A stretch of 64,000 bases of DNA from Planctomycetota bacterium (lineage in GTDB: Bacteria > Planctomycetota > B15-G4), in the NCBI GenBank assembly GCA_038212275.1, contig JBBQUR010000008.1, positions 128,001-192,000 of the forward strand. The letters are read 5' to 3'. Each line of letters starts with the position of its first letter. The stretch's first letter is position 1. Made by a program: the position numbers and the translations under genes. This document shows, piece by piece, positions 30,798 to 38,994 of this stretch. The notes beneath the pieces were generated by a model. That model saw nothing but the letters and a program-made list of their open reading frames with translations, had not been told where the DNA came from and did no database searches.

Positions 30798-33461
30798 ATG
30801 TCACGTCATCGTTCCGCGCTCGTGCTTGCCGCCCTCGCCGCGATCGCCGCCGCACCAGGCGCCCGCGCGCAATACCAGGACTTCGCCAGTTGGACGGGCA
30901 TCGATGTCGGCACGCCGGCCGACATGCAGTTCGCGCAGGAGTTCGTGCGCGCGGACTTCGACGGCGATGGCCACGCCGACCTCGCCGTCGTGAGCTGGGG
31001 TCTCTCGCAGCACAAGCTCGCCATCCTGAAGAACCTCGGCGACGAGCGCTTCGGCCCCGCCACCTTCTATCCGCTGCTCAAGGGAAGCCAGGCCCTGGCC
31101 GTCGCGGACATCGACGGCGATGGCGACCTGGACCTCGGCGTCACCGAGGGCGAGAGCACCTCCAGCGGCACGACGGTGGCCATCTTCCGCAACGCCGGCG
31201 ACGCCAGCTTCACGCTCAGCCAGCGCATCACCGTGCCCAAGGGTCCGCTCGGCATCGCCGCGTGCGACTACGACGGCGACGGCGACAAGGACTTCGCCGT
31301 GGCCATCTACGGCGTCTCGGCCTCCGGCACGTCGGTGAAGCTCCTCGTCAACAACGGCGCGGGCACCTACTCCAGCGGCGCGTCCATCGCCGTGTCCGCC
31401 GCACCGGCCTGCATCGCGGCCGCGGACTTCAACGGCGACGGCCGCGACGACCTCGCGGTGGGCCACGACAAGTTCGACGTCATCGACATCCTGCTGGGCG
31501 GCGGCGCGACCTTCGCGGCTCCGATCACCTTCAACGTGTCGGCCGGCATGGCGGGCGGCTCGAGTCTCTTCTCGTGCATCAACGTCGTGGACCTCGACCG
31601 CGACGGCGACCTCGACATCGCCTTCAGCGACAACAGTCACCAGAAATTCATCCCCTTCCTTCGCGGCCTCGTCACGACCATCCTCAACCAGGGCGGCGGC
31701 TCCTTCGCGCAGGGCCCCGACATCGTGTTGCGCCCGGGCGCCAACGGCTTCACCGACATGGCCTTCGCCGACCTGAACGGCGACGGCTGGCCGGACGTGC
31801 TGGGCACGGACCACATGGACTGGGACTTCGCGCTCTCCGACGGCGCGGGCTCCTACGTGCAGCCGCTCGTCGCCAACTACGGATTCCTCGGCACCGACGA
31901 GCCCACCGCGATCGACGCCTTCGATGCCGACGGTGACGGCGACCTCGACGCGCTCGTGCTCGGCAGCCACTCCGTCGCTCTGACGGTGCACCGCTTCCAG
32001 GACGGCGTGCCGCTCGAAGGCGCCGTCTATGCAGGCCCGGACGGTGATCTCGACGCGGCCGACATCGACGGTGACGGCGACATCGACCTCGTGGGCGGCG
32101 GTGGCGGTCCGATCCACGTGCTGCGCAATCTCGGCGACGGCAGCTTCGGCGCTGATGTCACCTATCCCAGCGGCGCCTTCGGCGGCCCCAAGGCCGTCAA
32201 GCTGCGCGATCTGAACGGCGACGGCTTCCCGGACCTCGTCATCGTGACGCTGGGCGGCTTCAACACGAAGCTCAACCTCGGCGACGGCAACTTCGGCACG
32301 CTCGTGCAGTGGAATCTGCCGAGCTGCGGCCAGGATGACGTGGATCTCGTGGACCTCGACGAGGACGGCGACCTCGATGTCGTCGTCGCGGAATCGGCGG
32401 GCTGCCCGAACGTCCCCTTCCCTCGCGTGTGGATCATCGAGAGCAACGGCGACGGCACCTTCGTGCAGCCGGCCGGCCCCGCGTTCAGCCCCACCGGCCT
32501 CACGCCCACGCTCACGCACGCCGACCTGAACCTCGACGGGCACCAGGACCTCGTGCTCGCGCAGAACAGCTGGCTCGAGATCTACCTCGGCACCGGTTCG
32601 CTCTCGGTGTTCGCGCCGAAGATCACCGCCACGGCGGCGTGGGCGCCGCACGGCATCGTCGCCGCGGACTTCAACGGCGACGGCCTCCCCGACCTGGCCT
32701 CGTGCAACTGGGGCGGCGTGGGCAACGACTTCATCAACGAGACGATGACCGTGCTGCTCGGCAACGGCGACGGCAGCTTCACGCCGCCGGCGGTGCTGCC
32801 ATCCGGCGCCTCGTGGGACCTCGGCTCGTCCACCGGCATCCAGGCCGGCGACATCGACCGCGACGGCGACATCGACCTGCTCGTCGCGAACTTCGACTCG
32901 CACGACGTGTCGCTCTTCCGCAATGCAGGCGACGGCAGCTTCCTGCCGCAGACGCGCGTCGGCGGCGCTCTGTACCTCTCCGACGCGGTGCTCGCCGACT
33001 TCACCGGCGACGGCATCGACGACCTCGCGCTCGCCGGCCAGTCGGCCATCATCGCCGTGCCTGGCGCCATCGTGATCAAAGGCCTGGCCAACGATCCGTG
33101 GCTGCCCGTCGGCGCGGCGCTCGCCGGCAGCGACGGCCTGCCGCACCTGGACCTCGACGGGGCGCTGGTTCAGGGCGAGACGATCACGCTCCGACTCGTG
33201 AAGGCGAAGCCCGGTGCGGCCGGCTTCCACATCCTCGGTCTTTCGCAGCTCAACGCGGCGCTGTCCGGCGGCGTGCTCGTGCCCCAGCCGGACATCCTGC
33301 TGCCCTTCGTGGCCGACGCGTCCGGCGAGAACACCTTCTCGGCGCCTCTGCCGATCACGCTTCCCGCCGGCACGCAGCTCGTGCTCCAGAGCTGGCTCGT
33401 GGATGCCGCAGGCCCCGCCGGTCGCGCGGCCTCCCACGGCGTGCACGCCACGGCACCGTGA
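30798..33461 (+). CDS. Secreted FG-GAP/VCBS repeat protein (probably two beta-propellers) with shared C-terminal domain
   Basis: AAGGAA upstream of ATG 30798, signal peptide (..ARA-Q), about 14 D(F/L/I)(D/N)GDG..D repeats. Confidence 0.92.
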   Translation: MSRHRSALVLAALAAIAAAPGARAQYQDFASWTGIDVGTPADMQFAQEFVRADFDGDGHADLAVVSWGLSQHKLAILKNLGDERFGPATFYPLLKGSQALAVADIDGDGDLDLGVTEGESTSSGTTVAIFRNAGDASFTLSQRITVPKGPLGIAACDYDGDGDKDFAVAIYGVSASGTSVKLLVNNGAGTYSSGASIAVSAAPACIAAADFNGDGRDDLAVGHDKFDVIDILLGGGATFAAPITFNVSAGMAGGSSLFSCINVVDLDRDGDLDIAFSDNSHQKFIPFLRGLVTTILNQGGGSFAQGPDIVLRPGANGFTDMAFADLNGDGWPDVLGTDHMDWDFALSDGAGSYVQPLVANYGFLGTDEPTAIDAFDADGDGDLDALVLGSHSVALTVHRFQDGVPLEGAVYAGPDGDLDAADIDGDGDIDLVGGGGGPIHVLRNLGDGSFGADVTYPSGAFGGPKAVKLRDLNGDGFPDLVIVTLGGFNTKLNLGDGNFGTLVQWNLPSCGQDDVDLVDLDEDGDLDVVVAESAGCPNVPFPRVWIIESNGDGTFVQPAGPAFSPTGLTPTLTHADLNLDGHQDLVLAQNSWLEIYLGTGSLSVFAPKITATAAWAPHGIVAADFNGDGLPDLASCNWGGVGNDFINETMTVLLGNGDGSFTPPAVLPSGASWDLGSSTGIQAGDIDRDGDIDLLVANFDSHDVSLFRNAGDGSFLPQTRVGGALYLSDAVLADFTGDGIDDLALAGQSAIIAVPGAIVIKGLANDPWLPVGAALAGSDGLPHLDLDGALVQGETITLRLVKAKPGAAGFHILGLSQLNAALSGGVLVPQPDILLPFVADASGENTFSAPLPITLPAGTQLVLQSWLVDAAGPAGRAASHGVHATAP

Positions 33462-33500
33462 TCACCGACGCAGTGCTCCCGGCGCCGGATCCTCGCGTCG

Positions 33501-33547
33501 TGAGCACCGCGTCGCGCGCCATGAGCACCGCGTCGCGCGCCATGAGC
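33501..33547. repeat. 21-bp tandem repeat TGAGCACCGCGTCGCGCGCCA, 2 copies plus partial
   Basis: Two perfect copies at 33501-33542 followed by TGAGC. Confidence 0.85.
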
Positions 33548-33553
33548 CGCGAT

Positions 33554-33589
33554 CCGCCCGGCTGACGAGACGAGTGGTCAGTCGGGCGG
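33554..33589. terminator. GC-rich hairpin between convergent genes
   Basis: 13-bp stem CCGCCCGGCTGAC/GTCAGTCGGGCGG (one G-U pair) with a 10-nt loop. Confidence 0.55.
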
Positions 33590-33823
33590 GCCGCGTGGCC
33601 GGCACGCAGGTGGCCGGACGCCGCCCGCGCCGCGGTCAGGCGCCAGGGACTGCGCGGACACCGCATCGAGGCGCTCCGTGACGCCGCGCCGTCGCTGGCA
33701 CGCCACGAACTCCGCCACGGCCTCCGCGTAGAGCGCGCCGCGGGACAGGCCGAGCCTCCGCGCCAGCACTTCCGCCGCTGCGAAGACCTCGTCCGGAAGC
33801 GCGATGACCGTCTTCAGCTCCAT
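33578..33823 (-). CDS. Orphan ribbon-helix-helix antitoxin-like protein (ChpI/MazE6-like), possibly degenerate
   Basis: GAGGA RBS upstream of ATG 33823. LKTVIALPDEVFAAAEVLARRLGLSRGALYAEAVAEFV...VTERLDAV resembles the KTAIS.PD..F..A..LA..LG.SRS.LY pattern; the C-terminus is atypical. Confidence 0.65.
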   Translation of the reverse strand: MELKTVIALPDEVFAAAEVLARRLGLSRGALYAEAVAEFVACQRRRGVTERLDAVSAQSLAPDRGAGGVRPPACRPRGPPD

Positions 33824-34046
33824 GGCAATGTCCTCGTGCTGCCCAACTGACCAACTGACCGGCCCGCCGCGCCAGCCGTCCCGACCGCGGGCCTCATGCT
33901 CGACGGTCATGCACGGCGCGCGTTACCTCCTGTCGCGTCCTGAGCTCCGGCGCGAGCGACGTGCCGCTCGTCTTCCTGCTCCGGCGGGAGTGAGCGCACA
34001 GTTCACGCTCCGAACGGCCGCGCGAGGCGTCTAGAATCCGGCGCAC

Positions 34047-36731
34047 ATGACCAACGCCGGGGAGACGTGCGCATCGACGGGCCCGCTGGACGGCGAGCGC
34101 TCGCGGCTGCCCGTCGGCGCGTGCCTGCTGCTGGGCCTCGCGATCGCGCTGCTCAACACGACGCTGCCCGACGCCGTGCTGCTCCCCGCGGTGGATCGCC
34201 TGCCGCCGCGGCATCTCGGGCTCGCGATCGACGGCGTCCTGCTCTCGCTCGGCGCGTGGGCGATGTCGCGCTCGGCGAGCGGGCTGGGACGCGGCCGGCT
34301 GATGCTCCTCGGCGCGGCCAGCCTCGTTGGTTCCCTCACCAGCGCGACCCTGCTGCCGCCGCTGCACGACTGGCTCGCCTCGGGCCTGCGCGGCGAAGGC
34401 TTCCTGCCGTATTACCCGCTGGTGGTGCTGGCCTCCGCGGCGGCCGCCGCGCCCGCCGCGCTGCCCCTGGGCGGGCTGCTCGCCGTGGCGCTGGGGACGG
34501 GCCGACGCGGCGCGCTTGCCGCGCTGCTGGCCGGCCTCGCCGGCGGCTTCATGCTCGCCCCGTGGAGCGCGGACGTGCTGCTCGGCGCCACCCGCACGCT
34601 GCATGTCACGGCGCTCGTCGCCGCCAGTGCGGCGCTGCTCTTCGCCGAGCGCACGCCGAGACCGGTGCGCGGCGGCCGGCTCATGGCGGGCGGCGGGGCC
34701 GCCGCGCTCGCGCTCGGCGCGGCGCTGGTCGTCGCCGTGCGCCTCGTGCAGCAGCAATCGGATCGCGGACCTCTCGTCGGACCGGCGCTCGCCGCGCTGC
34801 TGTGCCTCGCCGCGATGGCGGGTCTGCTGCTGCCCGCGCCGCGCTCGCTGCCGCTGTTCATCGCAGCCGTCGCGGCGGGGCTGCCGGCGCTCTGCCCCGC
34901 GCAGACGTGGATTCCACGCGAGCTGGTGCGCGACACCGGCGCCGAGCTCTTCACGCTGTCGCTCATGGCGCTTCCTGCCGGGCTGCTGCTGGGTGGACTG
35001 GCGCAGCAGGCGCTCGGTGCCGAAGGCCGGCGACGAGCCGGCGCGAGCACCACGGCCTTCGCGACGCAGGCCGCGCGCAGCTCGTCGCACGGAGCCGCTG
35101 CCGGTCGCGTGCCGCTCACGTGGTTGCCGGCGCTGCTGCTGCTGCCGGCGCCCTTCACCACGCTCGTGCTGCTGCCGCACGTCGGGGCGCGGGCTGCAGC
35201 CGTGCTTGCGGCCGCGCTCGTCGTGCTGGTGCTGGCGCGGCAGTGGCGCCAGCAACTCGCGGGGCTCCTCACCCTGGCCATCGTCGCCGCCCTGTCGCTG
35301 GGAGGCGTCGGCCCGCCGCCGCCGCCGGAGGCCGTGCGCGCCGACGACGTGGTGCATCTGCCGGACGGCGATGCCGCGCTCGTGCGCGATCCGGAGACCG
35401 GTCGGCGCCTGCTGGCGATCGACGGCCACGCGGCCTTCGGACGTTCGGCCGGCCAGGAGCGACGCTTCGCGCTGCTGCCGCTGCTGCTGTGGGGCCATCC
35501 GCAACGCGTGCTCGTCATCGCGTCGGGCTTCGGCGAAACGGCCAGTGCCGCGTGGAGCACGGGCCTGAACAAGCTGCACTGGTTGCGGCCCTTTGCGCAC
35601 CCGGAGCGCTGGAACGACACGCCGTGGCCCGGTGAAGACCCGCCCACCGTCGGCAGCGAGCGGCAGTTTCTCGCGGTGCCGCGCGAACGCTACGACGCGA
35701 TCATCATGGCCCCTGACGTGCGCGTGGCCAGCCGCGGAGCGCTGGTCGGCTCGTCGGAGTTCTACGCCCTCGCGCAGGAGCGGCTCGCGACGGGAGGGCT
35801 GCTCTGCCAGTGGTGGGATCTGGCCGACACGGACATCTCGGACCTCAAGGCCGTCATCGCCTCGGCCACCGAGGTCTTCCCCTTCTGCTCGCTGATCATG
35901 GACCACCCGCGGACGCGACGCGCCTGCGTCGGGCTGCTGCTCAGCGGCGTCCCGCTGAGCGTGGAACCCTCGACGATCGACATGGTGCTCGCGGAGAACG
36001 CCGTGCTGGCTGCCGACATCCACGGCATCGGCCTCGACGGTCTGAGCATGGCGGCCCTGGTCAGCGCCGATCGCGGGCTGCTCGAACTCATGGCGCCTGC
36101 CGAGAGCGCCATCCACGACGACCGGCCCGTGCTCGGCGTGCAGGGTGCGCTGCGCAGCGAGGGTGGCCGGCAGCGCCTGCTCACCGGGCTCACCACGCTG
36201 GCGCTGCAGCGGCGCGACCCGATGCCGTGGATCCTGGTGCCGCCGGACAATCGGTACGATGTCTCGCTGCTGGTGCGCGACCGTTTCCGCGCCTGGCAGC
36301 ACCTCTTCGGTGGCGCACAGCGCGTGGTGGCGGAGGCCGGGCCCGCGGGCGCGCCCTTCGAGCGCGAGTCGCCGGGCAGCGGACCCGACAGCGAGGCGGC
36401 CAGCTTCCTCCAGGCGCTCGCCCCGATGCCCGACAGCCACGAACTGGTGGAACTCGTGCTCGGCCGCGCCAGCTTTCTGCAGCAGCAGGGCCGGCCCGAC
36501 GAAGCCGACACGTGGTTGCGCCAGGCCATCGCCATCGACGCCGGCAATCCCGCGCTGCACTTCGCGCTGGGCAGGCTGCAGGAGCGTCGCGGCATGCGCG
36601 AGGACGCCGCGGTGCACTACACCTCGGTGCTGACGATCGACCCGGGCCACGGCCCCGCGCGCGACGCCCTCGACGCGCTGCGTGCCGCGGGCATCGCGCT
36701 GCCCGAGGGCGCGCCGCTCAAGGACCGCTGA
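34047..36731 (+). CDS. Polytopic membrane protein fused to a degenerate spermidine-synthase-like domain and C-terminal TPR
   Basis: Many TM helices, then RLLAIDG, PQRVLVIASGFGETA, RYDAII, EFYALAQERLATGGLLCQW, VFP, and TPR-like helices at the end. Confidence 0.8.
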   Translation: MTNAGETCASTGPLDGERSRLPVGACLLLGLAIALLNTTLPDAVLLPAVDRLPPRHLGLAIDGVLLSLGAWAMSRSASGLGRGRLMLLGAASLVGSLTSATLLPPLHDWLASGLRGEGFLPYYPLVVLASAAAAAPAALPLGGLLAVALGTGRRGALAALLAGLAGGFMLAPWSADVLLGATRTLHVTALVAASAALLFAERTPRPVRGGRLMAGGGAAALALGAALVVAVRLVQQQSDRGPLVGPALAALLCLAAMAGLLLPAPRSLPLFIAAVAAGLPALCPAQTWIPRELVRDTGAELFTLSLMALPAGLLLGGLAQQALGAEGRRRAGASTTAFATQAARSSSHGAAAGRVPLTWLPALLLLPAPFTTLVLLPHVGARAAAVLAAALVVLVLARQWRQQLAGLLTLAIVAALSLGGVGPPPPPEAVRADDVVHLPDGDAALVRDPETGRRLLAIDGHAAFGRSAGQERRFALLPLLLWGHPQRVLVIASGFGETASAAWSTGLNKLHWLRPFAHPERWNDTPWPGEDPPTVGSERQFLAVPRERYDAIIMAPDVRVASRGALVGSSEFYALAQERLATGGLLCQWWDLADTDISDLKAVIASATEVFPFCSLIMDHPRTRRACVGLLLSGVPLSVEPSTIDMVLAENAVLAADIHGIGLDGLSMAALVSADRGLLELMAPAESAIHDDRPVLGVQGALRSEGGRQRLLTGLTTLALQRRDPMPWILVPPDNRYDVSLLVRDRFRAWQHLFGGAQRVVAEAGPAGAPFERESPGSGPDSEAASFLQALAPMPDSHELVELVLGRASFLQQQGRPDEADTWLRQAIAIDAGNPALHFALGRLQERRGMREDAAVHYTSVLTIDPGHGPARDALDALRAAGIALPEGAPLKDR

Positions 36732-37677
36732 CGGGAATCCCGAGGACGCGCCACGTGTCGCCCTCGGGCGCCGTGGTGCGCGCGAGCAGACCGGCCAGCC
36801 ACCAGTCCGTCGTGCGCTGCTCGGCATCGTCGCGCACCTGCCCCCACAGCGGGCCGACGTAGTACCAGCCGTCGCTCGCATCCTGGATGTTCATGTAGAG
36901 CGGGAAGATCCATTCGCGCACGAAGGGATCGTCGCCGCGACCGCGCCAGCTGCGCAGCGGCGAGAGCATCTCGCTGCCGAGGAAGGTGAAGGCGCGCACC
37001 TCGCGCCGGTCGCCCACGTCGTCGTAGCCGAAGAGCGTGATGATGTTGAAGAGGTTGGCAACCTCGATGCGGCGGCTGCTGCTGCGCCCGAGAGCGGGCA
37101 CGGTCTCGCCGTCCGCGGGGCGGCCCACCTCCACCTTGAGCAGCGTGGCCAGGCCGAACAGCGTGAGGAAGACCACGTCGTCGGCGGGCCCGTCGTGACG
37201 CCAGTCGTAGAGCAGGATGATGCCGGAGCGGTGGAAGTCGGAGATCTTGCTGCGCTGGTTGTAGAAGAGCGGCAGCAGCACGTAGTCCGTGCGCATCTCC
37301 GGGTTGTCCTGGTATCCGTAGAGCAGGGACCAGAAGCGCGTCTCCTCGTACGCACTGTGACGGCTGTACCAGAGCGGGAAGAGCAGCGTGTTCTCGCTGT
37401 ACGGCGGGTTGTCGTCGTGCCACCAGAACGGCAGCAGCCGCGAGTGCGTGTGCGCGCCCTCGTGCTCCTGGCCCACGAGCCAGACCAGCGCGTTCCATTC
37501 GCCGCTCGTGCCGTCGGACGATTCGCTGCTGGTGAACAGCGGCGGCAGGTAGACGCGGCTCTCGCGCACCTGGCCCGGGCCGTCCAGCACCGGCGTGCGA
37601 CAGGCCGGCAGCAGCACGCCGGCCGCGGCGAGCAGCACGGCGGTCCGGAGGTGGCTGGCGGCGAGCCGAAGGCGCAT
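36718..37677 (-). CDS. Hypothetical lipoprotein with aromatic beta-rich repeats
   Basis: Lipobox LPAC. Repeats LPPLF, LLPFWW, LFPLWY, LLPLFY, IFPLYM, VGPLWG. Confidence 0.7.
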   Translation of the reverse strand: MRLRLAASHLRTAVLLAAAGVLLPACRTPVLDGPGQVRESRVYLPPLFTSSESSDGTSGEWNALVWLVGQEHEGAHTHSRLLPFWWHDDNPPYSENTLLFPLWYSRHSAYEETRFWSLLYGYQDNPEMRTDYVLLPLFYNQRSKISDFHRSGIILLYDWRHDGPADDVVFLTLFGLATLLKVEVGRPADGETVPALGRSSSRRIEVANLFNIITLFGYDDVGDRREVRAFTFLGSEMLSPLRSWRGRGDDPFVREWIFPLYMNIQDASDGWYYVGPLWGQVRDDAEQRTTDWWLAGLLARTTAPEGDTWRVLGIPVSGP

Positions 37678-37831
37678 GGCGGGGTTCTCGCGAAAGGGTG
37701 CGGATCATAGCGGCCGCGCCCGCCTTCCGGCCCGGGCGGAATTCCTGCGGGGATTCACCGGATTCTCCTGCCGCGCACTCAAGGCCCCGGGCCGGAAGGG
37801 CCGAAGAGGGTTGCGAGCAGGAGGCAATCCC

Positions 37832-38377
37832 ATGAATCCGAACAGCAGCAAGACACCCGCGCGTCGTGGCAAGGGCCCCGGTTACCTCGAGGCCCTCGTG
37901 GCGATGTCCATCCTCGTGAGCCTTTCAGGCGTGCTCATGCCGGCCGTCGGCGAGCAGGTCGGCCAGGCACGCGTCGATCAGGCCTACGCCGACATGATCG
38001 ACATCGCGAAGGGCATCGCGCACTACTCGCGCGACACGCTGTTCCTCCCCACCGGCGTGCAGGGCCGCACCAACCTGGCCTGGATGTACGGTCCGGGCGA
38101 GATTCCGTCGGGCCACCAATTCGGCTCGGGCGGCGAGGCGCGTCCGCTGGAGGACGTGCTCTCCAACAACTCGATGGGCGGCGCCGCGTGGGCCGGCCCG
38201 TACGGCGGGACGCTCACGCCCGATCCCTGGGGCCACGCCTACCTTGTGAACGTGGACGGCTGGATCAACGCTCGCGAGCACGCGGTCGTGCTGTCCGCCG
38301 GCCCCGACGGCATTGCGGAGACGCTGCCGCTCTCGGCCTCCCCCGCCGGCGACGACCTGCTCTACGTGATGGACTGA
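37832..38377 (+). CDS. GspG-like pseudopilin (T2SS protein G domain)
   Basis: AGGAGG RBS, basic leader, hydrophobic helix with Glu at +5, WAGPY..DPWGHAY..LSAGPDG..DDL. Confidence 0.8.
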   Translation: MNPNSSKTPARRGKGPGYLEALVAMSILVSLSGVLMPAVGEQVGQARVDQAYADMIDIAKGIAHYSRDTLFLPTGVQGRTNLAWMYGPGEIPSGHQFGSGGEARPLEDVLSNNSMGGAAWAGPYGGTLTPDPWGHAYLVNVDGWINAREHAVVLSAGPDGIAETLPLSASPAGDDLLYVMD

Positions 38378-38476
38378 GCGTCGGGCCGCCGCGCCGCGCG
38401 GCGGTCGCACGCTCCTCGCTTTGGCCCCGGCCGGTGCGGACCGCATACTGTCGGCCCGATCCCCTCGGAGCCGACC

Positions 38477-38986
38477 ATGCCGTCACGCCCGTTCGCCCGC
38501 CTGCGCCGCGCTTGCCCGGCGACCCTGCCGCGCCGCGCTTCCGCCGCCCTTGCCGCCGCCGTCACCGGGGCGCTGCTGCTGACGGCCGCCTGCTCGAGGG
38601 CGGAGACGGCGGAGACTGCGGGGCAGGCAGCGCCGGCAGCGCAGGCCGCGACGCGTGGCGCGCCGACGCGCCTCGCCGCATATGACCTGTCGTGGACCAC
38701 GACCATGGAGATCCGCTTCGACGGCGAACTCGTCGGCTACCTCGTCGAGGTGAACCCGGTGCCCGAGGGCATCGTGGACAGCCGCCCGTGGGAGCCAGGC
38801 ACCGCGATCATCGAGGACAAGGACTTCCAGCCCATCGGCTTCATCTCGCCGCGCGGCACGACCTATCGCTTCGACGAGGACAACAAGGCGAAGCCCGTCG
38901 GCTTCGGCAGTCGCGACTCCGGCATCGCCGCCTTCTTCCGGCGCAACGGCAAGCCGCAGATCGTGGCGCCGCACATCGGCGGCTGA
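38477..38986 (+). CDS. Hypothetical lipoprotein
   Basis: GGAG RBS, Arg-rich leader, lipobox-like TAAC, coding-like composition. Confidence 0.7.
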   Translation: MPSRPFARLRRACPATLPRRASAALAAAVTGALLLTAACSRAETAETAGQAAPAAQAATRGAPTRLAAYDLSWTTTMEIRFDGELVGYLVEVNPVPEGIVDSRPWEPGTAIIEDKDFQPIGFISPRGTTYRFDEDNKAKPVGFGSRDSGIAAFFRRNGKPQIVAPHIGG

Positions 38987-38994
38987 GGGCCGCT

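Noticed and set aside
37779..37807. Sigma28-like promoter (TCAAG...GCCGAAGA) upstream of the pseudopilin gene
   Set aside because: The spacing is about 2 nt longer than consensus and the -10 match is imperfect.
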